Shown in pieces: positions 43,463 to 52,583 of a DNA stretch of 64,000 nucleotides. Source of the DNA: an uncultured Gemmatimonadaceae bacterium (GTDB taxonomy: Bacteria > Gemmatimonadota > Gemmatimonadetes > Gemmatimonadales > Gemmatimonadaceae); assembly GCA_963781585.1 (NCBI GenBank), contig CAWAGQ010000013.1:192001-256000 (forward strand), in the 5' to 3' direction. The first letter of the stretch is position 1, and each line of letters opens with the position of its first letter. The position numbers were made by a program, and so were the translations under genes. The notes below the pieces were generated by a model that was not told where the DNA came from, did not search any database, and saw only the letters and a list, made by a program, of their open reading frames with translations.

Positions 43463-43942
43463 CGACCCATACCAGTGTCACTGCACACACCGAACTCAGC
43501 GTGCCCGCGGGGCGGGATGGTGCGAATGCGCAGGCCCTGATGGCAATCGGTGGCGACGAGCATGGGCAGTTCTCTCCCCCGGGAAAGCAGCGCGGCGGAC
43601 TCCGTACCGTTATCGCGTGCGTGAGGCCTTGTCAAGAAATCCCGGCCTGCGCGGACGAGGCCGGGTGGCGAGCGTCGCGGTCGGCGCTGCCGGCCAGAGA
43701 GCCTAACGAGCGCTGATCTGGCCGGTCGCGCACGGCCGAGTTGCGGAGTCCGGGGACCTTCGCAACGGAACGCGTTGTCTCACAAACCGGAAGCCGTAGA
43801 TCGGCGCGACCCGCCTGGTCCAGGGGGCCGGAACTCCGGCTCGGTTCCACGACTTCGTGCTCGTGGGTATCGTATTGTGGTGAAGGTCCGGAGTCCTCCG
43901 GACGCACGGGATACGGCGGGTGAGCCCGCCGGGGAGGGAAGT

Positions 43943-44629
43943 GTGTCTCGCCTGGTGATTACCGCGGGAATCGTCGCCGCAGCGGCGCTGCCGCTCTCGG
44001 CGGTGGTGGTGCGCCGCGCGTCCATCTCGCCGAAGGCTGTTCCGGCGCCGGTGGTGCACGCCGTCAACGCGACACCCGCTACCCTGCAAACCGCCGTGTT
44101 CGCCGGCGGGTGTTTCTGGGGCATCGAGGCCGTCTTCGAACACCTCAAGGGGGTCACGGACGCCGTGTCGGGATACGCGGGCGGCGTCGAGCGGACGGCG
44201 GAATACGAGATCGTCAGCACCGGACGCACCGGTCACGCCGAGTCGGTGCGGGTGACGTTCGATCCGTCAAAGATCACCTATGAGCAGCTGCTCCAGGTCT
44301 TTTTCTCGGTGGCGCACGATCCCACGCAGCTGAACCGCCAGGGTCCTGATGTAGGCACCCAATATCGCTCGGCGATCTTCTACGCCGATTCGGAGCAGGC
44401 GCGGGTGGCGCGTGCGTACATCGACCAGCTCACCAGGGCGAAGGTGTTCGCACGCCCGATCGTGACGCAGGTTGTTCCGCTCAAGGAGTTCTACCCGGCC
44501 GAGGCGTACCATCAGGACTACATGGCGCATCACCCCAACGAGCCGTACATCGTGTTCAACGACCGACCCAAGGTGGAGCACCTGAAGAAGGAGTTCCCCG
44601 GTCTGTACCGGGAGATGGGACCGGAGTAG
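43943..44629 (+). CDS. msrA: Peptide-methionine (S)-S-oxide reductase, exported
   Basis: [41 protein letters not shown] start after GGAGG; N-terminal hydrophobic segment. Confidence 0.95.
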   Translation: MSRLVITAGIVAAAALPLSAVVVRRASISPKAVPAPVVHAVNATPATLQTAVFAGGCFWGIEAVFEHLKGVTDAVSGYAGGVERTAEYEIVSTGRTGHAESVRVTFDPSKITYEQLLQVFFSVAHDPTQLNRQGPDVGTQYRSAIFYADSEQARVARAYIDQLTRAKVFARPIVTQVVPLKEFYPAEAYHQDYMAHHPNEPYIVFNDRPKVEHLKKEFPGLYREMGPE

Positions 44630-44721
44630 TCGCTCGGCCGCGCTGGGGGGACGAGGCCGTCCTCAGCCGCTTCGTGAGGTTCGAAACAGCAGTCCGGGAG
44701 ACCCCGGCGAGGCAGGTGCGT

Positions 44722-46173
44722 TCAGCGCCAGCGCCGCCACGATCCCCACGGAGCGCGCGCGGAGGCCAGCGCGGTAGCGCGCTGAGCCTCGACTGCTGGT
44801 CGGGCCGCGCCGAGCCACGGAGCGCGGCTCCGCACGCTCGCGACGTTCAGTGCGCCGAGCCCGCCGCGGCCGAGCCGCGACGCGCCGAAGCCGGAAGTCA
44901 GGAACCCCGGGGGAGTTCGCGCCAGCAACACACCGGCGTTAGGTGCGATGTCCGTCGGCCGGTTGTTGGAGCCGAAGACGGCCGAGAAGCTGAGATTCCC
45001 GTCATCGTTCCCTATCTTGAAGAACGGGATCCTGACGGTGACGGAGTCATCATCGTAGACGGTAGCCACCAGACCGAGGAAGCCGTCGAGTCCCCACATC
45101 TCGGCGGTCGCGTCGTCCTGGCTGAAGAAGCTGACCTCGTAGTCCACGCCCTGTGTGGCGGACCCCCCGAGGACGTTGACGCCGGGTGGGACGCCGGTGG
45201 CCTCGCTCTCGTCCACGTCGAAGTCCATGAACCCGTACAGCGAATTGGGCTGCGCCAGCGCCGACGCGACCACGGGCGCCGAGAAGTGCAGCGTGAGCAG
45301 CAGCCACCCCGGTACGTAACGCCCGGTGACCGCCAGGAGGTCGAGCGCGGGGGCGGATCCCGTCTGGGTGTTGGGCAGCGTGTCGTTGGCCGGATCGGTG
45401 ACCGCGAATCCCTCCTCTCCGGCTCCGATCGCGGTGCAGACAACATCGACCGACATGGGCAGCGCCTGACCGGCGGCAATCGACACTGGCCGCGTGGCGG
45501 AGCCGGTCAATGTGCAGTTCGGCTCCACGTCGAAGATTTCGAGCGTGTGATCGCCGGGCGGAATGTGGATGAGCCGGCGCGACGAGTTGCGGTCCAGCTC
45601 GAACACCAGACCCTGGTCGTAGGAGATCAGGTAGCCGTCGGGGTCGATGTCCTCACCGGTGGTGGTTGACGTAAACCTGACTTCGCCCGTCACCGGCGTG
45701 CACTGCACCGCGAAGTTCACATCGATCGTATCGTTGGCCACGATCGATACCTGACGAGAGTCCTGGCCTGATGAGCACGCCGAGTTGAGTCCCTGCAGGG
45801 CGACCGTATGGGTGCCGACCCGAAGGTTGTTGACGTGGAAGGTCGCGCCGTCGGCGCTCGACACGTCGAGCGGAGCGATGGTATCGATGGCGAGCTTGAA
45901 GGTGAACGTCGCAAGGTCGCCCGCCGTTTGCGTGGCGACGGAAATCGTCATCGATCCGTGCGCGGCCGGTCCGGTGCTGTCCGAGCACCCGGCCAGGATC
46001 CATGCGGCGGCGAGAAGCGGCCCGGCTGTCGCGGCGAGGTGCATGCTTCTGCAGCGTGCAACCGGTTGGCGAGCGGATGCGCCAATCCCGGCGTAGAGTG
46101 ACCGGCGGGCCGCACCGGAAGACGAGTGCGTACCATGCGGTAGCGCGGATTGCGACGATCGCGGACCGGACAT
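44722..46173 (-). CDS. Hypothetical lipoprotein with Cys-flanked Ig-like repeats
   Basis: Lipobox LAGC; two GxHTxxL...C...C modules, TTTGEDIDPDGY; start at ATG 46173 or 46044. Confidence 0.7.
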   Translation of the reverse strand: MSGPRSSQSALPHGTHSSSGAARRSLYAGIGASARQPVARCRSMHLAATAGPLLAAAWILAGCSDSTGPAAHGSMTISVATQTAGDLATFTFKLAIDTIAPLDVSSADGATFHVNNLRVGTHTVALQGLNSACSSGQDSRQVSIVANDTIDVNFAVQCTPVTGEVRFTSTTTGEDIDPDGYLISYDQGLVFELDRNSSRRLIHIPPGDHTLEIFDVEPNCTLTGSATRPVSIAAGQALPMSVDVVCTAIGAGEEGFAVTDPANDTLPNTQTGSAPALDLLAVTGRYVPGWLLLTLHFSAPVVASALAQPNSLYGFMDFDVDESEATGVPPGVNVLGGSATQGVDYEVSFFSQDDATAEMWGLDGFLGLVATVYDDDSVTVRIPFFKIGNDDGNLSFSAVFGSNNRPTDIAPNAGVLLARTPPGFLTSGFGASRLGRGGLGALNVASVRSRAPWLGAARPAVEAQRATALASARAPWGSWRRWR

Positions 46174-46473
46174 CATTCCCCCCGAGGCGTTCGGCCTCGA
46201 ACTAGCCCCACGTCGAAGGGTCGATGCTAGTTCGCCGACAGTCTCCGGAAGATACGACGAAGATCGTGCGAGCGCGCCACGGAACTTGCGCCACCGTGTG
46301 CGCGCCACCGTGCGCGTCGTCTGGTCACGGAGGTAACGAAATCTCCTCGTGGTCCACGAAGGTACCGCGCCTTGAGGTCGAGTCAGATAGCACTCCTCGA
46401 GAGCGACCAATTCAAATGCGCCGTCCTACGCAAGCGGTGAAGCATCGAGAACCCCCAGGTGCGTGGCCGTCCA

Positions 46474-46520
46474 CGGACGAAATTCGGCAAATCCGGACGA
46501 AATTCGGCAAATCCGGACGA
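46474..46520. repeat. Perfect 20-bp tandem repeat (2.35 copies) upstream of the peptide gene
   Basis: cggacgaaattcggcaaatc x2 + cggacga. Confidence 0.9.
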
Positions 46521-46674
46521 TCTTCGGTGTGCTCTGGCTACTCCGAGCGTACCCGTTGTGACGTACCGCCCGAACGGCTTCCAGATGTCCTGGCCCGACT
46601 GCGCCGCACGCCGGCGACAGATCGCCTCGGAACGCGCTTGGTCGGGTGTGACCTTCAAGATCTCGGAGGAAAAG

Positions 46675-46918
46675 ATGTCGAACCGTGGCCTTGCAACTCG
46701 CGCGGCGCTGGTCGTGGGCCTTGCCACAACCGCTCTGCTAGCCACTCCCTCCTGCTCCAGCCTTTGGGTTCTGCTACGAGGGATGCTATCCCCTGATCAT
46801 GTGCCCTGAGCCGTCGGAGCTTCGGTCGTTCTGCATCGACCAAGGTTGCTCAGGTAACGCCAACTGCGCGACGAACGCCGCCAACTGCTCGGGTGATACA
46901 AACATTATTTGCTTCTAA
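46675..46918 (+). CDS. Secreted 8-Cys peptide precursor (~80 aa), interrupted by a +1 frameshift near 46750
   Basis: GGAGGA SD then MSNRGLATRAALVVGLATTALLATP; in the +1 frame PAPAFG-FCYEGCYPLIMCPEPSELRSFCIDQGCSGNANCATNAANCSGDTNIICF, stop TAA 46916-46918. Confidence 0.7.
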
Positions 46919-47018
46919 TCTCAGGTGCCATGCCTGACAAGGTGCGCGGCTCGCCCCGACGCAATTGTCGAGGAGGGAGCCGCGGCCATGTCGCCAATCG
47001 CCACTTCTCTCGCGTCGC

Positions 47019-47702
47019 ATGACGGACCGCCACGACAAGGTCTTGTCCGTAACTCTTACGCTCACGGCGGTGGTGCTGGCCGGCACAGCTGTGTACCGAA
47101 CCTTCAGCCGACCTCAACCACCCGCCGGCTTCGAGCCAGCGGCTCCCGAATACGTAAAGAACTGGCGAGAGCTGCTTCCGGCAGGGATCCGGATGGGGAA
47201 CAAGAACGCCTCGATTAGTATCATCGAATTCTCAGACTTCGAGTGTCCCTTCTGCAAACGCTTCGCGTCAACTCTGAAGGACCTGCGGGCGGCGCGTCAT
47301 GATGATGTGGCAATCATCTTCATTCACTATCCGCTGGATTCGCATCGCTTCGCCCGACTGGCCGCCCGGGTGGCAGAGTGCGCGGCAGGCCAGGGCCTCT
47401 TTCCGCGCATGCAGGACCTGCTGTTCGAGAAGCAGGATTCTCTCGGTCTGATTCCGTGGACACGGCTTGCGGTCGACGTGGGAATCCACGATACGTCCAG
47501 CTTCTCACGATGCGCCGCAGACAGCCGTGTTCTTCCGCGCGTGGAAGTCGGTCTCGAGGCAGGGCGCCGGATCAATGTGCGTGGAACGCCAACTGTGCTG
47601 GTAAACGGCTGGCGCCTCTACGGGACCCCGACCCTTGAGCAGCTGCTGAAAGTGATTCAGGACATCGAAGCCGGACGATCGCCCGCAAGAGGGATGCCGT
47701 GA
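47019..47702 (+). CDS. Membrane-anchored DsbA-like thiol:disulfide oxidoreductase
   Basis: N-terminal TM, IEFSDFECPFC (CxxC), HYPL, cis-Pro loop GTPT. Confidence 0.9.
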   Translation: MTDRHDKVLSVTLTLTAVVLAGTAVYRTFSRPQPPAGFEPAAPEYVKNWRELLPAGIRMGNKNASISIIEFSDFECPFCKRFASTLKDLRAARHDDVAIIFIHYPLDSHRFARLAARVAECAAGQGLFPRMQDLLFEKQDSLGLIPWTRLAVDVGIHDTSSFSRCAADSRVLPRVEVGLEAGRRINVRGTPTVLVNGWRLYGTPTLEQLLKVIQDIEAGRSPARGMP

Positions 47703-47706
47703 TCGC

Positions 47707-49128
47707 ATGCGCGGGACGCCGCTACGACCCGTGCGAGCACGATCGGATGGGCCGATGACTGCGAGCACGATGTCGGTCCTTCTAATTACCGGCGTCATCC
47801 GCCGAACAGTGCCGAGTCGATTCCCAGCGGCCTTCGCCGTCCCGGCCAGTCTTCGCAAATCAACCCTCTGTATCCTCGCTCTCATCATCGGGCACCCTCT
47901 GGAGGGCCAGACGCTTCCCACGATGCTAGCCGAATCGAGCTGCCGCTCCGCATGTGGAATGGAAGTGCAGAAGGCCATTCGGCTGGCGGCCGACAGCGAG
48001 GTGCTGGTCACGGGCACGCCGTACTTCGTCGGTTCAGATGCTCAAGGCCGCATCTTCCTGATCCGGAGCAGTCGGTTGGGCCTCCCGGAGGCTCCGCCGC
48101 TTGTGTTCGACCACAACGGGCGCTTTCTGACGGAACTTGGTCGTCGAGGACGGGGCCCGGGAGAAACCCTGTACCCGTCGTGGATTGACTTCGGACCAGA
48201 CGACAGCATTCGCGTTTTCGAGGCCAGTCGAATTCACGTGTTCGGGCCGGATCTCCATCCGGCGAGAACGCAACTTGATCTGAGGGAGGTGCGCTCACTG
48301 AGGTACGTCGTCCGGTTCGGTGACGGCATGATCGTTGGGCTTGGAAACGAGTTCCTCAAACCGGGCGAGCCACGTCCGGTACATGAGCTGCGACCGGGCG
48401 TGAAATCGCTCACCATGATGCCCGAACCGGCACTGAAGGTCCCAAACGGTCCGGTGCGTGTTCTGGCGGCGTCGCGAAACCCGCACCGCTTCTGGATAGG
48501 ACAGTTCGATCTCAGCGAGGGAGTTGGCTACGACCTCCTGCTCACCGACCCAGGTGGACATGTCTTCGCCGCCTTCCGGCGTCGTCCCGTCTGGTGGAAG
48601 TCCCCTCGGATCATCGGATTGAAGACGTTTGTTCCGACTTCCCGAGTGCAGGCCGTTCGGGAGATCCGCAACGGTCTTCTGCTGGTGCTCGTCGCCCAAC
48701 CGCGATCCGACTGGAAGCCCGGCACGGCCGATCCCAGGAACCTCATGGCGTCATCGGATGCGTACGAGGCGAGGATGGAGCTCGTTGACGTTGTGCAGCG
48801 GGGCGTGTCCGGCTGGGCTCACGTCCCCGGCTACCCTGTCGGGATCGTGGATGACACCACGATCGCGACCTATGTCGAAGATGCCGACGGCTCGCCACAC
48901 GTCGATTTATGGCGCGCTTACCCGACCGATGGACGCAGCCAAGGCACCTCGCCGCCGGTGCGAGGAACGCCCCCATTGCGGCAATTCGACGAGTCGAAGC
49001 CCGCGGACGCGCCCCCCACCTCGGCGGGGATCGCAAGGCGTACCCCAGTGAGTTGCTACTTCGCGTCCAGCTTCCTCCCCGCGTTCAGGTTGTCCCAGTT
49101 GAGGATCGTGTTGAACACGAGGAAGTAG
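47707..49128 (+). CDS. Secreted 6-bladed beta-propeller protein (start uncertain; C-terminus overruns the convergent gene)
   Basis: VFDHNGRFLTELGRRGRGPGE, GPDDSIRVF, YVEDADGSPHVDLWR; N-terminal CRSAC. Confidence 0.7.
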   Translation: MRGTPLRPVRARSDGPMTASTMSVLLITGVIRRTVPSRFPAAFAVPASLRKSTLCILALIIGHPLEGQTLPTMLAESSCRSACGMEVQKAIRLAADSEVLVTGTPYFVGSDAQGRIFLIRSSRLGLPEAPPLVFDHNGRFLTELGRRGRGPGETLYPSWIDFGPDDSIRVFEASRIHVFGPDLHPARTQLDLREVRSLRYVVRFGDGMIVGLGNEFLKPGEPRPVHELRPGVKSLTMMPEPALKVPNGPVRVLAASRNPHRFWIGQFDLSEGVGYDLLLTDPGGHVFAAFRRRPVWWKSPRIIGLKTFVPTSRVQAVREIRNGLLLVLVAQPRSDWKPGTADPRNLMASSDAYEARMELVDVVQRGVSGWAHVPGYPVGIVDDTTIATYVEDADGSPHVDLWRAYPTDGRSQGTSPPVRGTPPLRQFDESKPADAPPTSAGIARRTPVSCYFASSFLPAFRLSQLRIVLNTRK

Positions 49129-52100
49129 CTCCCGATGGTTTCGCCGCGGTATACGGGATTCGTCGCGAACAGGACGACGTGGCCTTTCTCCAATGGCGCG
49201 TCGACAACGACCGGCCGCTGCGCGATGTCGGCGCCGCCGTCCAGCAGCCCGGAGACCAGCAATCCCTGCTGCTCGCCGAATCGCACGGCCACCCGGGGAC
49301 GTTGATCGGGTGGGATGATGTTGAGCGGGTTGCGCAGCTGCTCCTCAGTGACCGGCGCGTACTGCCACGGCTGCACCGGATCCCGTCGAGGCGCCTCGAA
49401 CTTCGGATCGAGCGCGGGGCGTCCCTGCGGCGTGTCCTGATCGTCCGGGGTGCCGCGCCCGGTGGGCCGGCTTCCGCCGCCGCCCCCTCGACCGCCGCCG
49501 CCGCCCCCGCCACGTCCGCCGCCGCGTGAGCTGCTCACGCCAAAGCTGCCGCCGTCGTCGCTGTACATGGCGAGGCTGTCCTTCACGCCGTAGACGATCG
49601 GGCTCGCATCATCGACGACACGCGTGCGGAGGAGCGTCCCCACCACCTCGCCGCGGCGAGGTGAATTGCTGCTGACACCATTGACCAGGCCGTACTGAAT
49701 CGCGAAGTCGGCCGTGTTGTTCACCGCCACCAGCACGCCACCGCGCTTGACGAAGCTCTCCAGGTTCTCGAGCCCGTTCCACCCCATGCCCGGACGGATA
49801 TCGTCGGTCTCGGCCCACGTGCCGATGTTGGGCGTCTCGGCGGAATGCTTCCACGGCATCGGATTTCGCCACATCGGCATGCCGTTGATGATCGCCTGCC
49901 CGCCGCCGCCACCGGGCGGAAACAGGATCACGTCGTACTTGTCGTTCAGGTTCGGCGTCTTCCCGATGTCCTGCACGCTGATGTAGTCGTACGGGATGGA
50001 GAGGAAGTCGAATGCCTCGCGCCACCATCCCTCGGTCTGCGTGCCCGTCCAGGCATGGAGTATCGCGACCCGCGCCGCACGCGCGGGATGCATGCGCACC
50101 GAGGGCGCCGATGCGAGTGCGAACGCCTTGATGCCGAGCGCCGAGGTTTCCTTGTCGAGGTCGGCCTGCGACACGTTACGCACGATGAACGAGCCACGGT
50201 TGAACTTCTGCCCGTTGGCCTCGAAGGGCTCCTCGGCTGACTGGAAGTCGGCAGCCTTGAGACGATAGCGCAGCGTGGCGAGGGCGTTGTCGCCGTTGTG
50301 GTTGATGGCGAACACGGAGCCGCTGCCGGTTACCCCGCCGGTGGCCGACACCTGGCCGGTGACGCGTTCCATGGGAGCGTCGAGCACCTTGGTGTCGGTC
50401 ACGCGGATGGCCTCGACACCGAAGCCTTCGGGGAAGGTCCACCCGGTGTCGTCGTACGGGTTCTTCTGCGGGTCGTTGGGGCTCCAGTACTGGTAGTCGA
50501 GGAGGGCGTCGGCGATGCGCGAGTAGGGCTGGTCCATGCGGATGACGTAGCTGCCGGCGGGGAACTCGTGCGCCATGGTGCGCGTGGTATCGGCGCCGCG
50601 TCCGCCGCGGCCGGCTCCGGTCTCCGCGCCTGCCTCGGCGCCTCCACCAGCGGCGCCGCCCCGGCCGCCGCGGCCACCGGTCGCGCGCCGCCGAACGGGG
50701 ACCTGCACGGTGAACGCGGCCGTTGCGCGCGAGATCTCCACCGCCTGCTTCTGGAGCACGCGCAGGAGGTCAGCCTGGGCGCCGAGCCGGGGATCGTCGG
50801 CTGGCAGGACGTACGCCGCCGGCCCCTCGGTGTGCGCCTTCAGGATCGACCGCTTGCTCTTGTCGTAGAAGTTGCGCAGGAAGAGCTGCCGGTTGCTGGC
50901 GATGTAGGAGAGCGAGACCAGGATCCCGGTCTGCTCATAGTTGTTGTTGTTCCGCAGCGACCACATCACCCGCGGCAGCGGGGGGTTCTGCTTGTACCAC
51001 GTTCGGGCCGTCTCGTTAGGCGAGAGGGTGCGCTCGACCGTCTCGGCGCTGCCGCCGTTACCGAACGTTTCGTACAGCCGGCTGATGCCGTTGTGGGTGG
51101 CGGCCATGAACATCAGGTACCCCGGCGACCAGGTGTCGAACGTCCCGAACGCGAACACCCCCGGCATGCCGAACCGCGTCATCTCCTGCACGTTGTTCCA
51201 GCCGATCATCTGCCATTCGTTGGTCAGGAGCGGGTCGAGCCACGCGTTGTAGGGCCCGTCGCCGATGGTGTTGTCGTAGAGGTAGGCCACCGACTCGTGC
51301 AGGTCGTGGAGTACCTGCGCCTTCCAGCCGATGTAGGTGTTGAGGACGTTCTGCGACAGCTTGAGGGTGAGCCCCATGGCATCGCGGTTGTTGTCGTGCG
51401 CCACGTAGTGGCCCCAGTAGATGAGGCTTGGCCACGTATCGTCCGGATGCGCCATGTGCCACTTGAACAGGTCCACCTGGCGGTCGCGCCCATCCACCTC
51501 GACGATCGGCGTGATGAGCGTGATCAGGTGGTCGCGGATGTTCCGGATGTACGGGCTCTCGTCGACCGCCAGGCGATAGGCCAGCTCCATCAGCGCCGTG
51601 GGCGCTCCGGCCTCGGGCGAGTGGATGGTGCCGGTGATGTAGTAGACCGGCGCCGCATCGGCTGCCAGGCGGGCCGCCTCCGCGTCGTTCATGCCGATCG
51701 TGCGCGGATCGGCCAGCTTGGCCAGCTTCGCCTTGTTCTCGTCGAGCTTCGCCATCAGGGCTTCGGACGCCACCGCCACCGCGATCATCTCGCGCCCTTC
51801 CTCGGTGGTGCCGATCGAGTAGACCTTCACGCGCGGCGTCGCCTTCGCCAGCCGGCGCATGTAGTCGTAGACCTCGGTGGAGTAGGGGAGCTTGTTCGGC
51901 GCGCCCGCGATGTCGCCGAGCACCACCTTGGGTGTGGGGACGGTCTTCGACGCGGGCAGATAATCGACCAGCGGCGAGAGGAAGAAGGGCTCGGTGGTGT
52001 ACTCCCGGATCTTCTTCGTGTACTCCTCGTCGATGGGCTGGTTGGGCGCGCGTCCCGGAATGGTGGCCGATGCGGCGGGCATCGCCCCGCCGCTGCCGCC

Positions 52101-52202
52101 GTTCCCGGACGCGGAGCCCTGCGCCACCAACGGCCGGGGCGCCGACGCAACGACGCCGACCAGCGAGAGTACCAACGCGCGAACCAGAGTGACACACCGC
52201 AT
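49056..52202 (-). CDS. M14 family zinc carboxypeptidase-like secreted protein
   Basis: IGTTEEGR, TIHSPE, HDNNRD, HDLHE, C-terminal GATase-like region; start at ATG 52202 with signal peptide. Confidence 0.85.
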   Translation of the reverse strand: MRCVTLVRALVLSLVGVVASAPRPLVAQGSASGNGGSGGAMPAASATIPGRAPNQPIDEEYTKKIREYTTEPFFLSPLVDYLPASKTVPTPKVVLGDIAGAPNKLPYSTEVYDYMRRLAKATPRVKVYSIGTTEEGREMIAVAVASEALMAKLDENKAKLAKLADPRTIGMNDAEAARLAADAAPVYYITGTIHSPEAGAPTALMELAYRLAVDESPYIRNIRDHLITLITPIVEVDGRDRQVDLFKWHMAHPDDTWPSLIYWGHYVAHDNNRDAMGLTLKLSQNVLNTYIGWKAQVLHDLHESVAYLYDNTIGDGPYNAWLDPLLTNEWQMIGWNNVQEMTRFGMPGVFAFGTFDTWSPGYLMFMAATHNGISRLYETFGNGGSAETVERTLSPNETARTWYKQNPPLPRVMWSLRNNNNYEQTGILVSLSYIASNRQLFLRNFYDKSKRSILKAHTEGPAAYVLPADDPRLGAQADLLRVLQKQAVEISRATAAFTVQVPVRRRATGGRGGRGGAAGGGAEAGAETGAGRGGRGADTTRTMAHEFPAGSYVIRMDQPYSRIADALLDYQYWSPNDPQKNPYDDTGWTFPEGFGVEAIRVTDTKVLDAPMERVTGQVSATGGVTGSGSVFAINHNGDNALATLRYRLKAADFQSAEEPFEANGQKFNRGSFIVRNVSQADLDKETSALGIKAFALASAPSVRMHPARAARVAILHAWTGTQTEGWWREAFDFLSIPYDYISVQDIGKTPNLNDKYDVILFPPGGGGGQAIINGMPMWRNPMPWKHSAETPNIGTWAETDDIRPGMGWNGLENLESFVKRGGVLVAVNNTADFAIQYGLVNGVSSNSPRRGEVVGTLLRTRVVDDASPIVYGVKDSLAMYSDDGGSFGVSSSRGGGRGGGGGGGRGGGGGSRPTGRGTPDDQDTPQGRPALDPKFEAPRRDPVQPWQYAPVTEEQLRNPLNIIPPDQRPRVAVRFGEQQGLLVSGLLDGGADIAQRPVVVDAPLEKGHVVLFATNPVYRGETIGSYFLVFNTILNWDNLNAGRKLDAK

Positions 52203-52583
52203 GACAGACCTCGCGAGGGAGAAAGCCGGGCAGGAATGGGACCGCACGGAAAATCGAGTCTGACGCCGCATCTCGGAAAATCGAGTCCGACCCCGATTTC
52301 GGCGCCTCCGGCTGTCAGGCGCAGGAGCCGCCCGATGACAAGAATGCGCCTCCGAACGTCCGCGCGCCAATGTCGAGTGGGGCGGGACGCGCGACCGTCC
52401 GGATGGAGCCACTACGCCAAGTACGGACCGTCGTATCGGTCCGCTGTACCGGCTCCGTGCCAGTGACGATGCGCGAATCACCCTCGGTGCACGCTCGGCA
52501 ACCGGTGGCTCGCCGCCGGGACATGCGCTGCGCAGAGGAGCGGCACCTTGCGCCGCTGTGCGATCTCGTGAGGAATTCCGGCG

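Noticed and set aside
46459..46809. 116-aa ORF-track protein spanning the repeat and the peptide leader
   Set aside because: Its N-terminus is translated tandem repeat; the SD-supported start is 46675 and the meaningful C-terminus lies in the +1 frame
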